From positions 5,185 to 69,184 of the forward strand of contig CATOTL010000002.1 of the NCBI GenBank assembly GCA_951813545.1: 64,000 bases of DNA, read 5' to 3'. This stretch comes from an uncultured Poribacteria bacterium (GTDB lineage Bacteria > Poribacteria > WGA-4E > WGA-3G). Under the pieces are notes generated by a model. That model was given only the letters and a program-made list of their open reading frames with translations. It ran no database searches and had not been told where the DNA came from. A program made the position numbers and the translations under genes. Positions 39,857 through 48,300 of this stretch are shown here, in pieces; position 1 is the first letter of the stretch, and each line of letters starts with the position of its first letter.

Positions 39857-40495
39857 TTACGTAGTTACTCCTGTTTGTACAGGGGGTTTAAATCCTTTTG
39901 GATACCGGTAACCAACAGGTATTCCAAATCCGTATCTTGTTGGATATTCACATATTTTATCAGATTGATTACCACCAAGAATTTTGATTTCGGGTTCAAT
40001 AGCAGTAACAAATGCAACGTGCGATGGAAACACTGCAATAGCACCGATAATTTTTTCACAATCTTGTCCCCAATTCAGAAAATTCAAACTATTACCACTT
40101 GGCAATTCACTTATACCCACTTTGTTCAAGATACCTCTAACAAACCATGTACACCAAGCGTTCTGTGTTCCACTTAAACTGGTAAGTGTACATCCGGCAA
40201 GTCGTAACATCGCAAGGATTTCCTCTTTATCTCCATCTTCGTGTTTACCAACCCATTTCCATGCTTCGTCCATCCACGGTTGTGTCTGTTCTACATTAGG
40301 AACCATCTGCGGTTGCATCACTTCTGCATGAGACTGAATAAGGGAAGGTGTCGGTTCTGTAAAACTTTCTTCAACAACTTCAACATCTTCAAGAATTTTT
40401 AAGATTTTATCCGCTTTTCCGTCTAAAGCGGAGAGAACGCTTTCTATTCGGCTCAGGCGTTGGGGAATCTCTTGGTATCTCTGTTCCTGATTCAT
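39857..40495 (-). CDS. Endolysin, TIGR02594/NlpC-P60 (CHAP-like) type
   Basis: WCTWFV, LNFLNWG, GAIAVFPSHVAFV, and LGGNQSDKI..GYRYP. AAGGAG lies 6 nt upstream. Confidence 0.75.
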   Translation of the reverse strand: MNQEQRYQEIPQRLSRIESVLSALDGKADKILKILEDVEVVEESFTEPTPSLIQSHAEVMQPQMVPNVEQTQPWMDEAWKWVGKHEDGDKEEILAMLRLAGCTLTSLSGTQNAWCTWFVRGILNKVGISELPSGNSLNFLNWGQDCEKIIGAIAVFPSHVAFVTAIEPEIKILGGNQSDKICEYPTRYGFGIPVGYRYPKGFKPPVQTGVTT

Positions 40496-40793
40496 CGGAT
40501 TCTCCTTCTGGTTCGGTTATAGCTTCTGGTTCGGTTGTAGGTGGTGTAGGTGGTGTCGGTGGTGTCGGTGTAATGTTTTGTTGGTGATTCCGTGCTTGTG
40601 TATGGTCTTCTGTTGTATGATAAGCGACATAGGCAGCGGGCCATGTCAATGCACTCCCTACTATCATACCAAGTATACCCTCGGTCATAAGGTCAGTAGT
40701 AGAAAATATCCAATCTGTTAAGAAAATCCCTATCATCAACAGCGCAGCGAATGCGAAAACTAAATACATGAGTCGCCGACGTTCTTGTTGCAT
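40407..40793 (-). CDS. Holin-like two-TM protein with a Pro/Thr/Glu-rich tail
   Basis: Two hydrophobic helices, followed by (TPPTPP)n. The 3' end overlaps the endolysin start by 89 nt. Confidence 0.4.
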   Translation of the reverse strand: MQQERRRLMYLVFAFAALLMIGIFLTDWIFSTTDLMTEGILGMIVGSALTWPAAYVAYHTTEDHTQARNHQQNITPTPPTPPTPPTTEPEAITEPEGESDESGTEIPRDSPTPEPNRKRSLRFRRKSG

Positions 40794-40848
40794 AATTTTC
40801 CTTTGTTATTTACAATTTTGACAGTGAAGAACGATTTTTTTTGGGATA

Positions 40849-41127
40849 TTACTTAAAAAATATAGTAAGGAGGGTAACAATAACGATGGCGACAGATAGA
40901 ATAATTTGTCCAAGATTGTTGGACCCCATAGATTTGCCTCGCATTTCAGCAACTTCTTCTTTAAGGTTAGCTATCTGTTCGCCATGTTTTTTTAGATTTT
41001 CAGCATCAGACTCGATATTCTTCTCTACCATTTCTTTGATAGATGAAATATCGCTCTTCATAACCTCTATGTTGGTTTGAATGGTATGAAGACATTGACT
41101 ATGCTGATCATCTTTGTTTATGTTCAT
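40849..41127 (-). CDS. Coiled-coil protein with a C-terminal TM anchor
   Basis: 92 aa with ...LGQIILSVAIVIVTLLTIFFK at the C-terminus. Confidence 0.5.
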   Translation of the reverse strand: MNINKDDQHSQCLHTIQTNIEVMKSDISSIKEMVEKNIESDAENLKKHGEQIANLKEEVAEMRGKSMGSNNLGQIILSVAIVIVTLLTIFFK

Positions 41128-41130
41128 CTC

Positions 41131-41904
41131 TTATTTTAAACCAAGTTTACCGAACTCATACGCAATTACCTGATCAATTTGATCAGCTGTGTAGGTGGGA
41201 CCGTTGCCAAAAACTGTGACCTCGAAACTCGTTGGTGCTAATGCGAGTATCATTGCTTCTATCTGCTTCGCACCTTTAGGTGGGTTTTTAGCATAACCCT
41301 TTATTATTGGCAACCGTTCATTGACTTCATCTATTTCTGCTTTAAAACCAACGTTCAAAAACTCGAATCCTACAGTATAAATTGCCGGCAAGATAGGTAA
41401 TTTTTCAAGCTCGGTAATAGAAGTCTTAAGACATTTACCAATCAGTCCGCTCTCAACAGCTTTGACAAACAGACCCTGAAAATCTTGGAGTTCGTCTAAT
41501 ACTTTGTCAACGGCTTCTTCCACTTCATTTTTCACCGTGTTAGCAGCATGTTCTATTGCTTTAACATCGTGGTTTAGCTCGTCTTTCGCTGCGTTAACGA
41601 TATGGTTTATCTCGTCTTTTGCAGCTTTAGCAGTATGCTTGATTGTATTAACATCATGCTCCAGCTCGTCTTTTGCAACGTCAGCAGTATGCTTGATTGT
41701 ATCAACATCATGCTTCAGATCCTCTTTTGCAGCTTTAGCAGTATGCTTGATTGTATTAACATCATGCTCCAGCTCCTTTTTTGCCCCCTTAACAAACTGA
41801 TTCAAATCGTTTTTTGCTGAGTTTGCAAGATGATTCACCTCGTTTTTGATTTTATCAAAAGGGTTACTTATTTTCAGTTCTGCTGATTGAACAACATTAT
41901 CCAT
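41131..41904 (-). CDS. Hypothetical protein with ~5 tandem 18-aa amphipathic repeats (HDVNTIKHTAKAAKDELx)
   Basis: Repeats are encoded at about 41515-41847 and are also visible as 54-bp DNA repeats. Confidence 0.6.
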   Translation of the reverse strand: MDNVVQSAELKISNPFDKIKNEVNHLANSAKNDLNQFVKGAKKELEHDVNTIKHTAKAAKEDLKHDVDTIKHTADVAKDELEHDVNTIKHTAKAAKDEINHIVNAAKDELNHDVKAIEHAANTVKNEVEEAVDKVLDELQDFQGLFVKAVESGLIGKCLKTSITELEKLPILPAIYTVGFEFLNVGFKAEIDEVNERLPIIKGYAKNPPKGAKQIEAMILALAPTSFEVTVFGNGPTYTADQIDQVIAYEFGKLGLK

Positions 41905-41949
41905 TTTTTCTCCTTTTTTATTTGTAAAAAGCGCATTTCGCTTTTTATA

Positions 41950-43116
41950 TTACTCAGCAGCAGTGACTGCTGAGGTTTCTTCACTTGTTACTGTGTTATC
42001 GTCTGCTGCGTTGTCGGTATAGGTCGCTGTTACGCGCAGTATTTTGTCAACATCGGCAGCGACAGGCGTGTAACTTGATGTTGTTGAGGTTGAGGTGACA
42101 GTACCAGTAGCATCTGTCCAATCACCATCTGTTGCTTTGGTTTCCCAACTCCACGTGGTATCACTTGTGATACCGCCATCAGGGTCGGAAAGCGTTGCTG
42201 CTAAAGCAGTACCCGAAACAGGTGTTGTTGAGTCAAGGCTTACACTCCCCTCCTGATTGATAACGAGCCACGAGTCGTCAAAAGTATTGAAACCGTCTGG
42301 CAAAGTGCCTTCACCTAACTGCACAGCATCTGTGAGATTGGTACGCGTAACGTTACCTTCAGCATCTATAGAAACCCACCCATACGCCTGTGTGGGACCT
42401 GTTGGCAATAAGGCTTTGAAAGTCCGGATATTTTCAGCAAATTTATCGACTGTCGTAATATCTGCTGCACCTTGCGCCATCTCTTTGATGACATTTTCGG
42501 TAGTGGTTGGCGTAATATCGGGGTCCTGAAACCTGTTTTTGATAAACGCACACGCCGCGCGCATGTAGTAACCGACCTGCTCCACAATATCAGGGACACC
42601 ATCGGAATACTCGGGTGCTTCTCCTAACCATGCACGTTTCTGTGGTTGCCAAATATCTCTGTAAGCATCGATAACCGCTGTCTGTTTCTCGGCATACGTT
42701 AGATCATCAACACTCATCGGTAGCCAAGAAACTACGGTCGCTGTATCAGTCTCTTCTGTTTCCGTTTCACCTTCTGCGGTATAAATATAACGCGGATAGG
42801 TCACAGTGCCTTCATACGAATCAGTGTGTCGTTCTGTACGTGGGACATCCATATAACCGCGGATGTTAGCAGCGACAAAATCATTTTCTGATTTCGCAAT
42901 ATAGACACCATTATCAAAAACCTCATTTCCCTCCGAGTCCGTATGTGTGTATTCACCTTCAGGCGTATTGTTTAAATCTACCTTGTATAGTTCTGTTGCA
43001 TCTGTATCCGCATTCTGCAACTTGATAATCCATGTTTTTGTGCTGGGTTGGTAGATTTTTGATATTGTGGGGCGACCGGTATGTTTTGAAAAAGCGTAAC
43101 CTGTAATCTGTTGCAC
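41950..43116 (-). CDS. Tail fibre/receptor-binding candidate with a C-terminal Ig/cadherin-like repeat
   Basis: 388 aa. C-terminus TWSWETKATDGDWTDATG..YTPVAADVDKILRVTATYTD. Confidence 0.45.
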   Translation of the reverse strand: MQQITGYAFSKHTGRPTISKIYQPSTKTWIIKLQNADTDATELYKVDLNNTPEGEYTHTDSEGNEVFDNGVYIAKSENDFVAANIRGYMDVPRTERHTDSYEGTVTYPRYIYTAEGETETEETDTATVVSWLPMSVDDLTYAEKQTAVIDAYRDIWQPQKRAWLGEAPEYSDGVPDIVEQVGYYMRAACAFIKNRFQDPDITPTTTENVIKEMAQGAADITTVDKFAENIRTFKALLPTGPTQAYGWVSIDAEGNVTRTNLTDAVQLGEGTLPDGFNTFDDSWLVINQEGSVSLDSTTPVSGTALAATLSDPDGGITSDTTWSWETKATDGDWTDATGTVTSTSTTSSYTPVAADVDKILRVTATYTDNAADDNTVTSEETSAVTAAE

Positions 43117-43134
43117 TAAAAAAACTCTCCTTTT

Positions 43135-44670
43135 TTATAATCCGTAAATCGTGTAAAGTCTCATTCCTGATGCGCCAGAATAAAACCTGAATGTTGTATT
43201 ACTGACCCGATAAAGTGTAAAATAATCATCTTGATACGAACCGCCAATACGTCTGTTATTCGTTGTGTTTGTCCAAATTTCTAATGGTACAAATGGTGTG
43301 ACAACTCTAGCATTATTTAAACGCATATCAAAAATGATAGCACTAAAATTGTCAAAGCCTTCATCTACGGTTCTATTCGCTCCCGTCGATGGTGATACTC
43401 CACTATCATCGCTAAAAATTTCTGTAAATGCTTTCAAGTTAAGTATCGTTTCAATAGTTTCTCTTCTGACTGAATTGCTTGTCTTATCAATGAAAATTAA
43501 TTCGTCATCAGCCTCTGGGTCTATCTTCGGTATATTATTGAGTAGGTCAAATATATCACTAATACTTTCCTGTTTAATTACATTTTCTGTAGCATCAGAA
43601 AAGACTAATTTGTCACTAAGAACCGCGGTGCCATCTTCCTTACTATCGAGCAAGTCAAGCATGGTGTCAAAAGTTACCTGTCTAATGACATTCTCATCAC
43701 CAGATGTATCAACAAAAAACATCTTGTTAGTAAGAGCAGGTGTATCATCTGCTTTGTTAACGAGCAAGTCAAACATGGTGCTAATAGTCACCTGTTTAAT
43801 AATACTATCTGTAGCATCAACAAAGACTAATTTGTCACCATCAACTGCAGTCCCATCTTCCTTGCTACCAAGCAAGTCAAGCATGGTGCTAATAGTAGAC
43901 TGTTTAACGACATTATCTGTAGCATCAACGAAAGCTATTGAGTCACCAGCAACCGCGGTGCCATCTGCTTTGCTACCAAGTAAGTCAAGGATAGCGTCAA
44001 TTTCTACTTGTCTAACGACACTATCTGTAGCATCAGTAAAGACTATTTTATCACCAACAACCGCAGTGCCATCTTCCTTGCTACCGAGCAAGTCAAAGAG
44101 AACCTTAATAGTCGACCTTTTACTCCCATTGTCCGTTTGGTCAATGAAGACCAATTGGTCATCAAGCACCGCAGTGCCGTCAGCATTTTTAAAGAAAGTG
44201 TCTGATGTATGTTTTATTTCTATAACAGCATCGTCATCAGCTACAAATGTGGTCGTTTCTGACACGTCACACGTAAGTCGAACAAACGACGATGGGGATG
44301 AAACACGAGTTATCTGTTTCAGTACACCTTTCCATGTTTCTCCATCAAAAGTTGTTATAATAATTTCTGTATCAAGCGGGATATTATCTAAAAACGCATA
44401 CGGAAAATCAGCGTCATTCAGACCTATACTACGCTGCTCATTCGCTTGTTGGGCTTCAGTAAATTCACCAGCCTCAGGCGGAAATATTGTAAAAGTTAGT
44501 GTTGCACGCGTATACTCAAAAAAGAGTTCATAAAGATTTCGTGCGAGTAAACGATATGCCAGAGCCTTACCGTCATACCCTGTACCTGTTTTTTTCGTAA
44601 AAAACGGTAATAACGCTTCTCGTAATTCATCTTCTGTGGTTTCCGTAAGATCTCTTGCAAGTATACCCAT
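43135..44670 (-). CDS. Tail fibre-like protein with seven ~36-aa tandem repeats
   Basis: Repeats read (E/A)DGTAVxxDKLVFxDATDxVxKQxTIxxxxDLLxSK. Confidence 0.55.
   Translation of the reverse strand: MGILARDLTETTEDELREALLPFFTKKTGTGYDGKALAYRLLARNLYELFFEYTRATLTFTIFPPEAGEFTEAQQANEQRSIGLNDADFPYAFLDNIPLDTEIIITTFDGETWKGVLKQITRVSSPSSFVRLTCDVSETTTFVADDDAVIEIKHTSDTFFKNADGTAVLDDQLVFIDQTDNGSKRSTIKVLFDLLGSKEDGTAVVGDKIVFTDATDSVVRQVEIDAILDLLGSKADGTAVAGDSIAFVDATDNVVKQSTISTMLDLLGSKEDGTAVDGDKLVFVDATDSIIKQVTISTMFDLLVNKADDTPALTNKMFFVDTSGDENVIRQVTFDTMLDLLDSKEDGTAVLSDKLVFSDATENVIKQESISDIFDLLNNIPKIDPEADDELIFIDKTSNSVRRETIETILNLKAFTEIFSDDSGVSPSTGANRTVDEGFDNFSAIIFDMRLNNARVVTPFVPLEIWTNTTNNRRIGGSYQDDYFTLYRVSNTTFRFYSGASGMRLYTIYGL
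43435..44187 (-). repeat. ~108-bp coding tandem repeats x7
   Basis: Derived from the protein periodicity at aa 162-412. Confidence 0.8.
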
Positions 44671-44689
44671 TTGCTATTTCTCCAAAGTC

Positions 44690-44875
44690 TTATTCATCAA
44701 TTTCTAATTCAAAGTATTCTTCATTACCATCGTCATCTTCCCATACAAACCACTCCCGTTTGCCGATAGCGTTCTCCCATGAAAAGACATTAAGTGTGGC
44801 AGGTGTGGTAGGTGGTGTTGTCAGTGGATATTGCAGTCGGACATCTGATACGAACCGATTGATTTCACGTGTCAT
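44690..44875 (-). CDS. Small hypothetical protein
   Basis: 61-aa ORF in the operon. Confidence 0.45.
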   Translation of the reverse strand: MTREINRFVSDVRLQYPLTTPPTTPATLNVFSWENAIGKREWFVWEDDDGNEEYFELEIDE

Positions 44876-44877
44876 GA

Positions 44878-45288
44878 TTAACTTCCCGGAAATTCCATAA
44901 TCTCAATCTCAGTGTCCGCTGTCTCACTGGTGAAATACCACCGCTGTTCGAGTTGTGTGCCATCTTCTACATCAACAGGATTACCATCACTGTCAGGTGC
45001 AGGTGCATCCTCTACCATCATCCGCATCCCTAAGAAACCCTCGTAATGTTCATCTGCAGGGACTGTCCAAAATAGAGGTTTCGGATCCGCTGAGATCGCT
45101 TTCGAGACTTCGCCTTTGATATTAGATATACGCAACACTGCCGACGTAACGCTCGCTCCCGATCTCACCTGTATTCTGAAACCACGACTGCCAATCCCTA
45201 AATCAATGTGGTGTTCATCAAGTGCTGTATCAACAGTGATGATGGGGTGGAAGATAACAGGTCCACGTCCTAATTCATAACCGCGCAT
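44878..45288 (-). CDS. Hypothetical virion-module protein
   Basis: The ATG at 45288 has AAGGAG 5 nt upstream (track start is 45303). Confidence 0.55.
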   Translation of the reverse strand: MRGYELGRGPVIFHPIITVDTALDEHHIDLGIGSRGFRIQVRSGASVTSAVLRISNIKGEVSKAISADPKPLFWTVPADEHYEGFLGMRMMVEDAPAPDSDGNPVDVEDGTQLEQRWYFTSETADTEIEIMEFPGS

Positions 45289-45374
45289 ATTAACTCCTTT
45301 CAAATGGCAATCGCTGAGTAAACATAATTCCTTCTTTTAGGATATTATACAATTAACATGGTTTTTTGTCTACA

Positions 45375-48300
45375 TTATTTACGCAGATCTCTGCGTTCTA
45401 AAGTACGGCGTTTCGGTGTCCGCCTGTTCCTACGCGTTGTTGTAGGTGCGGGTGGCATTGTTGATTCTCCAAAGGATTCAAGGAATTGGTACGCACTTGG
45501 ACCATAACCGGGCGGGCGTATCAATCGTAACGGTGTACGCAGACCTCGCTTCAAATTTTGCTGACGGACACCTTGTACAACATCTGTCGTCAAATCTGCC
45601 ATTGTCCCGAATGCGGGACCTAAAAACGCTTCCTCTGCACCTTGCGCCCAATGCGTCAACTGGTAAAGTATCTCGCCAAAGGTTGTTGCACCGCCTGCCT
45701 GCACGACACCAGCAAAGAAACTTAAATCTTCTTCATCGGGTTCTTGAAATCGGCTAATCCGTCCCAGCAGATTTGTTGCTGTTCCCCACATCCCCGTCGC
45801 TAATAGAATATGCGGAATCAAAACGAACCCGGTTTTGCCGACAGCCAATGCCTTCGTTACAGCTTTGTTTTGAATGCCCATGTCCTCATTCATCCAAGTA
45901 TGCATCACCTTCCACTCCATCTTCAGTCTATCCTTCAACATCTTCGTCTGTGCGAATGAAAACGAACGGAACAACGCTGCAGTCATCAGTACCGGATTAT
46001 CGCGCATCCACTTAAACCTATCCAAGGATTCAACGCGGTGCTGCGTAAAATCCGCCATTTCTTTTGCGTACTCCGCTAAGAAATCATAGACAGGATATAA
46101 GTGTGGCATTTGCTCGCGCACCTCTTTCTCTGTAAGATTCCGAATCGTGTTCATATCCTTCACTGATAAATTCGGGACAGATAGCGCTGCGTTTAACTTC
46201 GGTTTAAGCGTGTGGGCATGCGGAATCGAAAGCAACCGTTCACGTGCTGCGTTTGAACGTTCAGGGTTACGTATCATTTTCTTTATCTTCGCGATCGCAT
46301 GATGTTTGCCTGCACGTGCTGAAATACCCCTATTTAATCTTTCTACTTGGAAAAACGGTGACCATGGCACTGTTTTTATACTCGGATCTTCCCAGTGTTT
46401 TGCAAACGGTGAAAGTGATTTCGGTCCGAATTTCCCGACTTGGTAGCGCGGGGTTGCACCTAACTGCTGATGTAGGGCGCGACTCAAGAAACTGCCAACA
46501 CCCCCGAATTCATGCATCACATCTATTGCAAATGCCCCGACATCCTGTGCTTCGCCGCGTGCTTTATCACTTGTGATAAAGTCAAAGAACCCGCGTATCA
46601 TATTCCGCCAACCTGTTGTCAGCCCAACGTTCACTGTCTGCGACAAGTTCGGAATGAACGCTCTGCCGAGATATGTTAATCCAAAGAAGTTACGCACATT
46701 CCTCGCGACGTTTTTACCGACTTCATCGAATCTATCGCCTTTCCGCCAACCTAACTGCCCGATAATGATGTCCTCCGCAATATGAATGCGTTCTATACCT
46801 TTCGCAAATACCCCTTTAAGCAATATCGGGTTTTCAAGGAAAGGAATACCTTTCGGTGTAAATTGCATGTTCCCATTATCCAACACCTCGATAAACTCAG
46901 CCTCTATCAACGCTTGCCAATCTGCGGGCGACATCGGTGTGATGTTCAACGCACCTACAGGTCTGTTGAAGGTATCCGGCGTAAATTCGAGACGCGTACC
47001 GCTTTCGTTTCTAAACGGTAACCCCGCTTGCGGTTTCCCGCCTTTCTCGAAATCGGAATATCCCGCGGCATACCGCAATTTCGCAACTGCCAATTCTGTC
47101 GGTGACATTGTTGACAATGTTTCATCGTCCGAAAGGAACTCTAACAACTTCGCTTCCAACAAATCGTTACGCTGTCCAAACTCTTTTATCGCCTGCAACC
47201 GATGTCCAGCACGGATGATGTAATAGTCCAACACATTGAAAAAATCCTTACGATAATTTGGAAACACATATTGCCGGGTCTGTTCCAAATTCCCATACTT
47301 CTTTGTTTTCGCTTCTTCTATCCGCGTCGATAAAATATCCAACGCCTCTACAAGCGGTATCTGGTTCGCGTCCGCAACCTCTTGTGCATACGCCTCAAAC
47401 CCCGCACGATTGCGTTCAGGGTCGAGTGCGTTCCAATCAACAATATGTGGGAAATAGTTTTCAACTGGAGTCCACACTTTATGCGGGACTTTGCCTTTGA
47501 ATAGGAAAATCGGATCTCGCGCTTCTCCTGCTTTATAGACAAGCAACTTCTGTGTAAAGTCCGCATACGCATCATGCACACCGCTATAGGTTTTGAAACT
47601 GCCAAACGGTGTCGGTTGGACGGCTTCTTCGGCAGGCACAATCCGCTTGATAATATACAACGGATGCCCGTCCTTCACAATCTCCCACTGTTGGATATTC
47701 GCTATTTTGGAATAAATGATATTCGCACCATCAGGATATTCTAACCCGTTATCAGCAAACGCATCGCGAAGTGGATCCGGCATACCGTCTCGCACCGCAT
47801 CGTCCCATATCGTTCGCGCAGCGTTCCTATCCCCTGTCCATCGTTGGCGACCAGGGTCTCGGTATGCCAGTAATGTGTAATCCGGGTGGTTGCCTAACAA
47901 CGGATTGATAGCCTTCGTTTCGCCTAACAAATCTTGAGAGGCTTCCGTTGCTTCAATCTTAACCTTGTTTCCAAAGGGGTCCTCAAGCATATAGGTTTCC
48001 GAACCCTCTATAATTTCGCTCTGTTGGGTATCTCTATTGTAAAACGTTTTTGATTGCACAAAAACGGCATACACATTGCCAGATGCCTTATCTTGCACGA
48101 AACCTTGCACAACACCCTTTTCACGCGCCTGTTGTCCCATGCTACGCATAAATTTGTCGAACAAAGGACGATCCTGTTCAACTTCGTTTCGGTGTTCTTG
48201 CTTCAAGTACCCTTTATCTACAAAGTCTTCGTTTATATCAAACAACAAGCCCTGACGGAATATATTGTTATTTTCTGATAGGATACGAACTTCAAAGTTT

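Noticed and set aside
43265-44533. 422-aa plus-strand ORF.
   Set aside because: It is antisense to the repeat-containing fibre gene. It has S/L/V-rich low-complexity composition typical of a shadow frame, no RBS, and the wrong orientation for the operon.
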